A stretch of DNA of 64,000 bases from Neorhizobium sp. UBA3556. GTDB taxonomy: Bacteria; Pseudomonadota; Alphaproteobacteria; Rhizobiales; Rhizobiaceae. The DNA lies in assembly GCA_002376235.1 (NCBI GenBank), contig DFNX01000006.1, forward strand, positions 235,020 to 299,019. The letters are read 5' to 3'. Position 1 is the first letter of the stretch. The number at the start of each line of letters is the position of its first letter. The notes under the pieces are model-generated. The model did not search any database, was not told the origin of the DNA, and was given only the letters and a program-made list of their open reading frames with translations. Made by a program: the position numbers and the translations under genes. This document shows positions 30,681 to 40,303 of the stretch, in pieces.

Positions 30681-32147
30681 ATGCCTAAGCCTCCTGTCTT
30701 GCCCGATACGTCTTTCGGCAGCACTTTGTTTGCGCCGATTTCCGCCTCGCTCCGCCCCGCCATCCTCTGTCTTTCCGCGCTGGTCGCGTCGGCCGGCGCG
30801 AGCTTTGCGGATGAAACTTCCGATCTTGTGGCGCGGGGGCGTTATCTCGCGACGGCCGCCGATTGTGCCGCCTGTCACACCGCGCCGCATGGCGGCACGC
30901 CCTTTGCCGGCGGTTACGGCATCGACACGCCTCTCGGCAAGATTTTCTCGACCAACATCACGCCGTCGAAGCAGGATGGTATCGGCAATTACAGCGAAGA
31001 GGAATTTTCTCGCGCCGTGCGTGAAGGTGTCGCCAAGGATGGCAGCCATCTCTATCCGGCAATGCCTTACACGGCCTATGCCAAGATCACCGATGACGAC
31101 ATGAAGGCGCTCTATGCCTATTTCATGAACGAGGTGAAGCCGGACGACCATAAGCCGCAAAAGACCGAGCTGCCTTTCCCCTTCTCGATCCGCACCTCGA
31201 TGGCGGTCTGGAACCTGCTCTTCCTCGACAAGAACCGCTTCCAACCCGATCCGGCCAAGTCCGTCGAATGGAACCGTGGCGCCTATCTCGCGGATGCGCT
31301 GGAGCACTGCGCCACCTGCCATACGCCGCGCAACGCCTTCATGGCTGAAGACGCGAACCAGGCGCTTGCGGGCGGTTCCGTCGGTTCCTGGTATGCGCCG
31401 AACATCACCTCCGACAAGGTTGCCGGTATCGGCGGCTGGTCCGACGATCAGCTGATCCGGTATCTGAAAACCGGCAATGTTCCCGGCAAGGCGCAGGCCG
31501 CCGGTCCGATGGCGGAGGCGGTAGAAAACAGCCTCCAGCATCTCTCCGACGACGACCTCAAGGCGATCGTCACCTATCTCAAGGACGTGCCGGCGATCGG
31601 ATCGACGGAGACGACGTCGCGTGCCGATCTCGGCAAGGCTTCGGTCGAGGTCGAAGCTTCGCTGCGCGGCCTGCCTGGCCAGTCGCCGGAAGAAAACGGC
31701 TATCACGTCTTCAGCGGCAGCTGTGCCGCCTGCCACCAGTCGGAAGGGCAGGGCAACGATCATTATCCGTCGCTGTTTAACAATACCGCGACCGGCGAAG
31801 ATCGTCCCGACAATCTCGTCTCGACCATCCTTTATGGCCTGCATCGCAAGGTTGGCGATCATGTCGCCTTCATGCCGGCCTTCGGTGCCGATGCATCCTA
31901 CACGGATCGTCTGTCCGACAAGGATATCGCCGATGTCAGCAACTACGTTCTGGCAAATTACGGCAATCCGTCCGTCAAGGTGACGCCTGCCGATGTGGCG
32001 CGCATCCGTGATGGCGGCGAGAAACCTCTGATCGTCAAGCTCGCGCCGCTTGCGGCTCCTGCCGCGATCGCAGCTGCCGTCATCGTACTTGCCGTGATCG
32101 TCTGGCTGCTGTCGCGCCGCCGTCGTTCGCGTCCGGCGCTCGGCTGA
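30681..32147 (+). CDS. Triheme cytochrome c subunit of membrane-bound sugar dehydrogenase
   Basis: Three CxxCH motifs (CAACH, CATCH, CAACH), YPAMPY, N-terminal signal and C-terminal TM anchor. Start uncertain. Confidence 0.92.
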   Translation: MPKPPVLPDTSFGSTLFAPISASLRPAILCLSALVASAGASFADETSDLVARGRYLATAADCAACHTAPHGGTPFAGGYGIDTPLGKIFSTNITPSKQDGIGNYSEEEFSRAVREGVAKDGSHLYPAMPYTAYAKITDDDMKALYAYFMNEVKPDDHKPQKTELPFPFSIRTSMAVWNLLFLDKNRFQPDPAKSVEWNRGAYLADALEHCATCHTPRNAFMAEDANQALAGGSVGSWYAPNITSDKVAGIGGWSDDQLIRYLKTGNVPGKAQAAGPMAEAVENSLQHLSDDDLKAIVTYLKDVPAIGSTETTSRADLGKASVEVEASLRGLPGQSPEENGYHVFSGSCAACHQSEGQGNDHYPSLFNNTATGEDRPDNLVSTILYGLHRKVGDHVAFMPAFGADASYTDRLSDKDIADVSNYVLANYGNPSVKVTPADVARIRDGGEKPLIVKLAPLAAPAAIAAAVIVLAVIVWLLSRRRRSRPALG

Positions 32148-32196
32148 GCCGTCCTCGCTTTCCCTTTTCGCATTGAACGCTCCCCCGGAGATCCTG

Positions 32197-32724
32197 ATGC
32201 CTTTTGATCCTTCCTCCCTGGCCACGTCCGGCCCCAATCTCTCTCGGCGCAGCCTGTTGCGCGGCACTGCCGCCCTCGGTGGTCTGGCGGTTGCCGCAAG
32301 CCTTGCCGGCCCGCTCTCGGCCTTCGCTGCCGATGACAGTGTTGCGTCCTTTACCCAGCTGTCGGAGTTCCTGACCGGCTACACGCTCGATCCGGTTCTC
32401 GGCGCGCGCTTTCTTGCGGCATTGAAGAAACGCGATGCCGATCTGGATGCCAGCCTTGCGGCGCTTTCCGGTCTCATCAAGCAATCCGGCGTGCCGACCA
32501 TGGATGGCTTTCTGGCTCTGACCGGTACCGATCCGGAGCTGATGAAGACTGCCACCAAGGTGGTTTCCGCCTGGTATCTCGGTGTTGTCGGCGAGCCCGA
32601 AGACCGCGAACTCATCACCTATGCCGACTCGCTGATGTACCGCCCGACCAAGGGCCTCCTTACCGTCCCGTCTTATGGTCCTGGCCCCAACGCCTGGGGA
32701 CCGAAGCCCGGTAGCAAGATCTGA
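32197..32724 (+). CDS. Small Tat-signal subunit of FAD sugar dehydrogenase (sorbitol/fructose dehydrogenase small-subunit family)
   Basis: Tat motif SRRSLL, WYLGVVG, Y..SLMY..T...VPSY..GP..W. Confidence 0.88.
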   Translation: MPFDPSSLATSGPNLSRRSLLRGTAALGGLAVAASLAGPLSAFAADDSVASFTQLSEFLTGYTLDPVLGARFLAALKKRDADLDASLAALSGLIKQSGVPTMDGFLALTGTDPELMKTATKVVSAWYLGVVGEPEDRELITYADSLMYRPTKGLLTVPSYGPGPNAWGPKPGSKI

Positions 32725-32738
32725 CAGGAACAAAGACA

Positions 32739-34373
32739 ATGGCTAACACATCCTATGATGCGGATCTGATCGTCATCGGCTCGGGCGTCATGGGCGGCAT
32801 CGTTGCCGCCAATCTCGCCAAGGCCGGCAAGAAGGTGATCGTTCTGGAGGCCGGTCCGCGCGTCAATCGCCGCGAGATCGTCGAGACCTACCGCAATGCG
32901 CCGGTCAAGCTTTCGCTCGCCAATGCCAAGCTGCAGGGCGCAGGCTCCCCCTTCCCGAGCATGCCCTGGGCGCCATCCACCTATGGCGACTACCTGCAAT
33001 ATGAAGGGCCGGTGAAGTACAACACCTCCTATCTGCGCGTCGTCGGCGGCACGACCTGGCATTTCGGCTCGGCGCTGTGGCGGATGATCCCGAACGACTT
33101 CAGGCTCCAGTCGCTCTATGGCCGTGGTCGCGACTGGCCGATCGGTTACGACGATCTGGAGCAGTATTACAACAAGGCCGAACTGGAACTCGGCGTGACC
33201 GGCACCGACGGTCAGGACGAGAGTGGCCAGGGTGGCGGACCAATGCCGCCGCGCTCGATGCCCTTCCCGATGAAGCAGCTCAACACCAGCTACATGTTCG
33301 ACACGCTGGCGGAAAAGCTTGCCGTTGGCGGCTTCAATCCGGTGCTCGAACCGCATGGCCGCGCCTCGCGTCCCTATGGCAACCGCCCGGTCTGCGCCGG
33401 CAACAACAATTGCAATCCGGTCTGTCCGATCGGGGCCAAATATGACGGCTCGATGCATATCGACGAGGCCGAGCGCCACGGCGCCAAGCTGCTCGACAAT
33501 TCGCCGGTTTACAAGATCGAAGCCGGCGACGACGGCAAGATCACGGCAATCTGGTACAAGAAGCCGGACAATTCCGAACATCGCCTGACGGCAAAGTATT
33601 TCGTTCTCGCCGCCTATGGCATCGAGAGCGCCAAGCTGCTGCTGATCTCGACTTCGGAGAAATATCCGAACGGTATCGCCAATTCATCAGATCAGGTGGG
33701 CCGCAACCTCATGGACCATACCGGCATCAGCATGAACATGCTGACCAAGGAAGACATGTGGCCGGGCGAAGGACCGACCGAACTTCTGGTCTATCTCAAC
33801 CAGCGCGATGGCGAATTCCGCAAGGATTATCCGAGCTACAAGATCAAGGTGCGCAACACCGTTCCGACCGCGCAGATGACCGAGGGCTTTATCAATAAGG
33901 GCATTCTCGGCTCCAAGCTGGACGAGCAGATCCGCAAATATTCGGCGCGCTCACTCAACTGGGCAATCGATTTCGAACCGCTGCCTTTGGCGGAAAACCG
34001 CGTCACGCCGTCGAAGACCAAGTTCGATGCGCTCGGTATTCCGGTTCCGGTTCTCTATTACTCGGTCACCGACTACTGGAACGCTGGCCGTGATCGTGGC
34101 CTGCAGGATCTGAACAAGATCGCCGAACTCCTGGATGCCGAAGTCCTGTCCACCGACGTCAAATGGCAGAACCGCCAGCACGTCATGGGCACGACCCGCA
34201 TGGGCGACGATCCGAGCGATTCCGTTGTCGACCGCGATTGCCGCACGCATGACCATCAGAACATGTTCATCGCCGGCACCAGCGTCATGCCGTCAGCTTC
34301 CTGCATGAACCCGACACTGACGGGGGCTGCACTCAGCGTGCGCATTGCAGAGCAGTTGATCAAGGAAATCTGA
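32739..34373 (+). CDS. GMC-family flavoprotein catalytic subunit
   Basis: GSGVMG FAD motif, VGGTTWH, Fe-S motif CAGNNNCNPVCPIG, GRNLMDH, NPTLT. Confidence 0.93.
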   Translation: MANTSYDADLIVIGSGVMGGIVAANLAKAGKKVIVLEAGPRVNRREIVETYRNAPVKLSLANAKLQGAGSPFPSMPWAPSTYGDYLQYEGPVKYNTSYLRVVGGTTWHFGSALWRMIPNDFRLQSLYGRGRDWPIGYDDLEQYYNKAELELGVTGTDGQDESGQGGGPMPPRSMPFPMKQLNTSYMFDTLAEKLAVGGFNPVLEPHGRASRPYGNRPVCAGNNNCNPVCPIGAKYDGSMHIDEAERHGAKLLDNSPVYKIEAGDDGKITAIWYKKPDNSEHRLTAKYFVLAAYGIESAKLLLISTSEKYPNGIANSSDQVGRNLMDHTGISMNMLTKEDMWPGEGPTELLVYLNQRDGEFRKDYPSYKIKVRNTVPTAQMTEGFINKGILGSKLDEQIRKYSARSLNWAIDFEPLPLAENRVTPSKTKFDALGIPVPVLYYSVTDYWNAGRDRGLQDLNKIAELLDAEVLSTDVKWQNRQHVMGTTRMGDDPSDSVVDRDCRTHDHQNMFIAGTSVMPSASCMNPTLTGAALSVRIAEQLIKEI

Positions 34374-34399
34374 CCTGCGCTGGAAGGCGGTCAGAGGAC

Positions 34400-34438
34400 G
34401 AAGCCCGCACGATGTCATCATGTCATCGTGCGGGCTTC
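34400..34438. terminator. Long stem-loop after the dehydrogenase operon
   Basis: GAAGCCCGCACGATG...CATCGTGCGGGCTTC inverted repeat. Confidence 0.65.
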
Positions 34439-34577
34439 TAACCGCCATCATGGCGGCTGGCCCAAACGGTGGATATTTGACGCGCGAGCGTCAAATGAAG
34501 ATTTTGTAATTCACAGTCATGTTCGGTTGAGTTGTCTTTTATCCTCATCCACAGGAGGAATTAGATAATTCGTATAT

Positions 34578-35633
34578 TCATGTCGTTCGCAAAGACGGGC
34601 TGAAAACCATCAGGCTGAGGATCTCGAACAGCATCTGGGCCCCAGCATGGGCCGTGTTGTTGGTCGCGTCATATTGAGGGGCGACTTCGACCACGTCGCC
34701 ACCGACGATGTTGATGCCTTTCAGGCCGCGAATCAGCTCCAGAACCTCTCTCGTGGTCAGCCCACCGATTTCCGGCGTACCTGTTCCGGGCGCGAAACTC
34801 GGATCGAGGCTGTCGATATCGAAGGAGACGTATGTCGGTCCGTCGCCGACGATGGCGCGCGCCTTTTCGATGATGGCCGGGATGCCCAAGCCTGTCACCT
34901 CTTCGGCATGGATGACCGTCATTCCGGACTCGTAGGAGAATTCCCAGAGATATTCGGCGGCACCGCGAATGCCGATCTGTATCGTGCGCGTCGGATCGAG
35001 CACACCGTCCAGAACGGCATTGCGCATCGGCCCGCCGTGGTGGAATTTCGTCTCGTCGAAAAGCCCGCTCGTATCGCAATGGGCGTCGATATGGATGAGG
35101 CCGACCGGGGCCTTCCTGCCGACTGCCTTCAGGATCGGATGGGTGATCGAATGGTCGCCGCCGACGGAAAGCGGCATGACGCCGGCCCCGGCGATCTGGC
35201 TGATCCGTTTTTCGATATCGTCATGGCTCTTTTCCAGCCGGTAGCGGCTGCGGAACGGAACGTCACCGATATCCGCCACCCGCAATTCATGCGTCGGTGC
35301 GCATTCCAGCACGTGATTATAGGGGCCGACCCGTTCGATCGCGCGCAATGCCCGCGGTCCGAAACGCGATCCCGGCCGGTTGGTGACGCCGAGATCCATC
35401 GGCATGCCGATCATCGCCACCTGCAGGTCGCCGAAATCCGGGCTTTCCGCATCGACGGGCCGGTAGGGGGCATCGAGCAGGGTGGGGATGCCGGCATAGG
35501 GGGCGACGCGGGTCCCGGCCTTGTTGAAGATCCTGTCGGCGACCTTCTTGAATTTCGGATCGAAAATTTCGCCGCCCGGGCTGTCTTCGTATTTTGCCCG
35601 CAACTCTTCCAGTTTCTTGTCATCGAATGGCAT
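34578..35633 (-). CDS. speB: Ureohydrolase (agmatinase-like); substrate not certain
   Basis: GGDHSIT, DAHCD, SFDIDSLDP..APGTGTPE metal-binding motifs. Confidence 0.8.
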   Translation of the reverse strand: MPFDDKKLEELRAKYEDSPGGEIFDPKFKKVADRIFNKAGTRVAPYAGIPTLLDAPYRPVDAESPDFGDLQVAMIGMPMDLGVTNRPGSRFGPRALRAIERVGPYNHVLECAPTHELRVADIGDVPFRSRYRLEKSHDDIEKRISQIAGAGVMPLSVGGDHSITHPILKAVGRKAPVGLIHIDAHCDTSGLFDETKFHHGGPMRNAVLDGVLDPTRTIQIGIRGAAEYLWEFSYESGMTVIHAEEVTGLGIPAIIEKARAIVGDGPTYVSFDIDSLDPSFAPGTGTPEIGGLTTREVLELIRGLKGINIVGGDVVEVAPQYDATNNTAHAGAQMLFEILSLMVFSPSLRTT

Positions 35634-35818
35634 GGACGTTCCCGTGTGTTTTGTCCCTCTCTAGACCTGCCCTGGCAGGCCCTGTCATTCTCGAATAGGA
35701 AACTGCCGGCCGCAAGCGGGAGACAGAAGCCAAAATAAAACACCGAACAGATGCAGGATCTGTTCGGTGTTGAAGAATAACACGGGCGTGACGACCGGGG
35801 ACGCCACGAAGATTGTTT

Positions 35819-36808
35819 TTACGCGGCGGGATGAGCTGCCGGGCCGCGATCGCCATCAAGGCCGGTGGCAACCACCGAGACGCGGAACTTGCCGTCGAGA
35901 TTGCGGTCGAAGATCGCACCGACGACGATATCGGCATCCGCCTCCACTTCGTCGCGGATGCGGCTTGCCGCTTCATCGACTTCGAAAAGGGTCATGTCGG
36001 AACCGCCCGAGATCGAGATCAGAACGCCTCTTGCGCCCCGCATGGAGATGTCATCGAGAAGCGGGTTGGCGATCGCCAGCTCCGCTGCAGCGAGTGCACG
36101 ATTGTCACCGGAGGCTTCGCCGGTTCCCATCATGGCGCGACCCATGCCACGCATGACCGATTTGACGTCGGCGAAATCGAGGTTGATCAGGCCTTCCTTG
36201 ACGATCAGGTCGGTGATGCAGCCGACGCCGGAATACAGCACGCGGTCGGCGATCATGAAGGCATCGGCAAAGCTGGTCTTGGCATCGGCGATGCGGAACA
36301 GGTTCTGGTTCGGAATGACGATGACGGTATCGGCCGCATCGCGCAGTTCCAGGATGCCCGCTTCTGCGGTCTTCATGCGCCGCTGGCCTTCGAAGGTGAA
36401 AGGCTTGGTGACAACGGCGACGGTGAGGATGCCGGCGGCGCGGGCGGCGCGGGCGATTGCAGGGGCCGCACCCGTGCCGGTGCCGCCGCCCATTCCGGCG
36501 GTGACAAAGCACATGTGCGAACCGGCAAGGTGATCCATGATCTCGTCGATGGATTCTTCAGCGGCGGCGCGGCCGATATCGGGCAGCGAACCTGCGCCGA
36601 GACCTTCGGTGATCTGGGCTCCGAGCTGGATACGGCGCGACGCCTTGGAGGTCGCCAGAACCTGGGCATCGGTGTTTGCCGCGACGAACTCCACGCCGCG
36701 GAGTTCCTCTTCGATCATGTTGTTGATGGCGTTGCCGCCGCCACCACCGACACCGATGACGGTGATCTGCGGTTTCAGTTCGACCAGGCCGCTTTTCATG
36801 TCCGTCAA
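35819..36808 (-). CDS. ftsZ: Short paralogous cell division protein FtsZ (FtsZ2-type, lacks linker and C-terminal peptide)
   Basis: [22 protein letters not shown]; ends shortly after VSVVATG at 329 aa. Confidence 0.95.
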   Translation of the reverse strand: MTDMKSGLVELKPQITVIGVGGGGGNAINNMIEEELRGVEFVAANTDAQVLATSKASRRIQLGAQITEGLGAGSLPDIGRAAAEESIDEIMDHLAGSHMCFVTAGMGGGTGTGAAPAIARAARAAGILTVAVVTKPFTFEGQRRMKTAEAGILELRDAADTVIVIPNQNLFRIADAKTSFADAFMIADRVLYSGVGCITDLIVKEGLINLDFADVKSVMRGMGRAMMGTGEASGDNRALAAAELAIANPLLDDISMRGARGVLISISGGSDMTLFEVDEAASRIRDEVEADADIVVGAIFDRNLDGKFRVSVVATGLDGDRGPAAHPAA

Positions 36809-36915
36809 GCTCAGGCTCCTTCAAATCTTCCTGTCGTCTCTCAAGGACGACGAATCGAACGTCAAATTATCTGCCGATTGCGTCGGAAGCTAGAAGGAAG
36901 CGCGAGCTGAAACGA

Positions 36916-37539
36916 CTATCTGATGGCGCGCATCGCCTCGATGAACTGACGGGCCTTCGCGCCGACCGCTTCGGCGCTGTCGCCGGGCTTGTAGAGCGAA
37001 CCGCCGATGCCAAAACCGGCAGCACCGGCATCAACGAAAGCCTTCATGTTGTCGGGTGTGACGCCGCCGACGGCGAGGACCGGAATATCCTTCGGCAGCA
37101 CGGCCTTCCATGCCTTGATGACATAAGGTGGAATGGCTTCGGCCGGGAAGGCTTTTACGCCGGTTGCACCTGCACCGATCGCAGCAAAGGCTTCTGTCGG
37201 GGTAGCGACGCCGGGAAGGCTGACCATGCCCTTGGCGACACTCGCCTCGATGACCGACAGGTTGGCATTCGGCGAAATGATCACCTTGGAGCCGGTGGCG
37301 GCGACATCGGCAACCTGGGCAGGGGTCAGTACGGTGCCAGCGCCGATCAGCGCCTTGTCACCAAAGCGCTTCTGCAGCTTCTCGATGCTTCTCAGCGGAT
37401 CGGGCGAATTGAGCGGTACTTCAAGGATGCGCCAGCCGGCCTCGATCAGTGTTTCGCCGACCGCCTCGACCTCTTCCGGCTTTATGCCGCGGAGGATGGC
37501 GATCAGGTTGCATTCGTTCAGCGCGTCGTGGAGGTTCAT
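36916..37539 (-). CDS. dgoA: 2-dehydro-3-deoxy-6-phosphogalactonate aldolase
   Basis: IAILRG, EVPLNSP, GAGTV, KAFPA, AVGGV; follows dgoK. Confidence 0.92.
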   Translation of the reverse strand: MNLHDALNECNLIAILRGIKPEEVEAVGETLIEAGWRILEVPLNSPDPLRSIEKLQKRFGDKALIGAGTVLTPAQVADVAATGSKVIISPNANLSVIEASVAKGMVSLPGVATPTEAFAAIGAGATGVKAFPAEAIPPYVIKAWKAVLPKDIPVLAVGGVTPDNMKAFVDAGAAGFGIGGSLYKPGDSAEAVGAKARQFIEAMRAIR

Positions 37540-37550
37540 GGGAAACGTCC

Positions 37551-38486
37551 TTATTTCGTCAATTGCAATTGGCCGGCGATCAGCTGCACGCCACGCTTGG
37601 CGGCATCAGCGGGGCTCGGGATCACGGTGAGATTAAAGAGCGGTGCGACACGGCCGTAGCGGCTGTTCAGCACATTGTTGCCGACGATGCCGATCGCCTC
37701 GCCGGGGATGAGCCAGCCGGCGGCGCGCGCCTGGCGGAATTCCGAGCCGATGACGAGGCCGGAGACGTAATCGCCGATATCCTCGGGCTTCAGCACGCCG
37801 GCGAGCACGCCGGTGCGTGCGGAAAAGACGGACGACAGGAAAGCATCGGCGGCGCGGGCATCACTTGCGGCAAACTCTGCGCCGCGATCGAAGGCCGACC
37901 AGACCGGTTCGGCTCCGGGAGCCGGATCGACCGCTTTGGCGATGAAGGAATGTTTCGTGAGGAGCGAAAACACCTCGCCGGTCGCATAGGTCTGGAAACC
38001 GGCGATACGGCCGTTCTCGACACGCGCCCATTTGCTGTGGGTGCCGGGGAGGACGACGGTGTAATCCTTGTTAAGACCGAAACCGACGATCTGGGTTTCC
38101 TCGCCGCGCATGACATCCGGAAACGGCTTTGCCGCCGGATCGCGCATGCCGGGCAGGAAAGTGACGATCGCGCCGTTGCCGAGTGTGAGCTGTTTCGTGC
38201 CGGCGGCAAGTTCCGCGACACCGGCAGGTGCATCGACGTAAGGGACTTCGATCCAGCCATTGCGGCTGGTGATCATGCCTGAAGCGATGACCGGAAGGGG
38301 GCCGTGCTCGGCAAACCATGTGCCGACTGTTTCCATCAGGGCAGCCTCAAACGCGCCGTCCTTGACGAACTGGATGCCGCCGCTTGTCGTGTCGCGGGTG
38401 TCGAGCGTCTCGCCCGTTTCCGAAACGAGCGCTGCGCGCAGCGAACTCGTGCCCCAGTCAAGGATGATCGACACAGGCTTTGGCAT
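37551..38486 (-). CDS. dgoK: 2-dehydro-3-deoxygalactonokinase
   Basis: DWGTSSLRA, GMITSRNGW.EVPY, DVMRGEETQ, PGTHSKW; ATG 38486 after GGAGG. Confidence 0.93.
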   Translation of the reverse strand: MPKPVSIILDWGTSSLRAALVSETGETLDTRDTTSGGIQFVKDGAFEAALMETVGTWFAEHGPLPVIASGMITSRNGWIEVPYVDAPAGVAELAAGTKQLTLGNGAIVTFLPGMRDPAAKPFPDVMRGEETQIVGFGLNKDYTVVLPGTHSKWARVENGRIAGFQTYATGEVFSLLTKHSFIAKAVDPAPGAEPVWSAFDRGAEFAASDARAADAFLSSVFSARTGVLAGVLKPEDIGDYVSGLVIGSEFRQARAAGWLIPGEAIGIVGNNVLNSRYGRVAPLFNLTVIPSPADAAKRGVQLIAGQLQLTK

Positions 38487-38573
38487 TTTCGAATTTCCTC
38501 CCGAGATTGATTGCGCCCCTCGATAGCGCGCGGGCGGGGCGGCTGTCGAGGACAAATGCCGATAAAGTCATAC

Positions 38574-39050
38574 TTAAGGGCGGGATGCCGCATCGCACTG
38601 CCGATGTTGTGCATCGAGCGGCGGCAGTCCGAAACAATGGTAGGTCATGGCGACGCGCCGCGGCAGGCGCGGCCAATTCGTGACTTTCATCGCGCGCAGA
38701 TGCTTGCGCAAGACGGCGCGATTGGCGGGAATTTCGCCAAATGCGCAGGCAGCGATGCACAAGCCGAGATTTTCCGCAAAGGCGTCGGACGGGTTCTTGG
38801 CCGGGGGCTGCCTTTCTCCCTTGCGGATATGTTCGGCTCCGATTGCTGCATAGTCGACATGCATGGCAAAGAATTGTCGATTGCAGTCTTTAAGAGCGGC
38901 AATGCAGTGCGGCAGGCCATCGGCAGAGACTGTGCCCTCACAGCGCCGGGCGCGGCGGCAATTGCGGCTGCGGCAATCCGATTGCATGGAAAATGCCGCC
39001 GCCGTATGGCGGCTGAGACGTGTCGTGAAGGACATGGTGTTGCTGGACAT
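38574..39050 (-). CDS. Hypothetical protein with C-x4-CRR-x3-C motif
   Basis: ATG 39050 preceded by AGGGGG; contains CRSRNCRRARRC...C. No family recognised with certainty. Confidence 0.5.
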   Translation of the reverse strand: MSSNTMSFTTRLSRHTAAAFSMQSDCRSRNCRRARRCEGTVSADGLPHCIAALKDCNRQFFAMHVDYAAIGAEHIRKGERQPPAKNPSDAFAENLGLCIAACAFGEIPANRAVLRKHLRAMKVTNWPRLPRRVAMTYHCFGLPPLDAQHRQCDAASRP

Positions 39051-39640
39051 GCTACCCCCTTGGCGATCCCTGGATTTTCTCTCCGTCATCGGAGAGGCTT
39101 GAACGGACGGGGCGCTGAAAGCTGCCTCGTAAGTTAGTTTATAAGTGACACCTCTCAGCGCCCCGTTCGGCAGTTTTTATCCGTGACTCCGGTTGCTCTG
39201 CGATGGCGGGACGATGGGCCAGGGGGCGGGGCTTCTATCAGGAAGTGCCATGCCCGCCCTTTTTCGGAACCCCGCCCAGGCCATGGCGACCCTTGGACGA
39301 CGTCATCCACCTGCGCCATGCATTCCGGACAGGCCGAAGCCGACCCGCGAACGCCGCATGACGCCATCCCGTCACCCTCCAATGCCTCACAGGCACGTCC
39401 GACGCGCAGTTGGGAGGGGATGCGGCGTGTCGGTCCGACGTCACACCGCGCCTCCCGTCGCCGGAGGGCAACCATTTTCACACGGACCCCGGAGATGGAG
39501 ATTTACGTCCTCTCTCCACCAACAGAACCGGTCCCGCCTCGCCGGCACGACTGCCGGTGTATCCGTGACGGAACGGGGGGATTTTAGGCACGGGTTTGGA
39601 GGGCGGGGATGAAAGGGGAAGGAGTTTCGCGTTGAGGCTT

Positions 39641-39717
39641 CCTCTCCCCTTGCGGGAGAGGAAGAAAAATCAGCATCTTAGCCCGCAGGCCAAGTCTTAG
39701 ATTTTGTTGGTGAGGGG
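39641..39717. repeat. Single copy of palindromic repeat family 1
   Basis: CCTCTCCCCTTGCGGGAGAGG...CTTAGC...GGTGAGGGG, matching 17329-17402. Confidence 0.8.
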
Positions 39718-40034
39718 ATGAATTTTCGTCTTACGGCCCTCAAAAACCCCTGAAAAAGAAAGTTCTCGGCTGCGGTGATTTCGTCCGAATGTTTGGAAAG
39801 ATTGGTGACACCTACGCCAAGTTCCGAGTTGGGAACTGCAGCAAGAAACTCTGTCATCATCACATAGGTGGTGCCGTCTATTTCAAAGCGCGGATTGTGT
39901 CTCTCCGCCGCTCGTTTTACTTCCGTCTCGGGTACCAACGGAATGACTACCCGGGTGTGAAGAGCATCGAGCACGTTGCTTTGCGCGTCGATGACCAGGC
40001 CGCTACCAAATTGGTAGAGATGAAAGCGTGCCAT
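39678..40034 (-). CDS. ccdB: CcdB-family toxin with abnormal C-terminal extension (possibly inactivated)
   Basis: MARFHLY...DAQSNVLDALHTRVVIPL...NPRFEIDG..YVMMTEFLAAVP...FLFQGF, then 21 extra residues. Confidence 0.8.
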   Translation of the reverse strand: MARFHLYQFGSGLVIDAQSNVLDALHTRVVIPLVPETEVKRAAERHNPRFEIDGTTYVMMTEFLAAVPNSELGVGVTNLSKHSDEITAAENFLFQGFLRAVRRKFIPSPTKSKTWPAG

Positions 40035-40189
40035 CAGAACATCCGATATTTCTCGAGCACTAATCCGTGTCTGGCAAAATACTCGTTATGCGCCCGGATC
40101 GCCTCGGCATTTTCCTCCAGCTCGCGGGCCTGTGCGAGCAGCTCACTGTCGAGCGAGAGTTTTGCGGCTTTGCGGGATGCTGATGGCAT
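40034..40189 (-). CDS. ccdA: CcdA-family antitoxin, short (51 aa), apparent internal in-frame deletion
   Basis: Below the ORF-track size cutoff. GGAGG RBS; MPSASRKAAKLSLDSELLAQARELEENAEAIRAHNEYFARHGLVLEKYRMF; its TGA overlaps the ccdB ATG. Confidence 0.8.
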   Translation of the reverse strand: MPSASRKAAKLSLDSELLAQARELEENAEAIRAHNEYFARHGLVLEKYRMF

Positions 40190-40272
40190 AAGAACCTCCA
40201 ACATATATGCAGATTACATGCGCATGTTCTGCCAGTGCAATGTGCGGCGCGTCCTGCTCTATGGGCCGAATG

Positions 40273-40303
40273 AAAAAGCCCCTTGCTGGTCAAGCAAGGG
40301 GCT
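40273..40303 (-). terminator. Intrinsic terminator
   Basis: Minus strand AGCCCCTTGC-TTGACCA-GCAAGGGGCT followed by TTTT. Confidence 0.8.

Noticed and set aside
34371..34393. Additional cassette-type repeat after the GMC gene (TGACCTGCGCTGGAAGGCGGTCA)
   Set aside because: Only the outer stem resembles the L/R units; the loop and length differ and there is no partner repeat.
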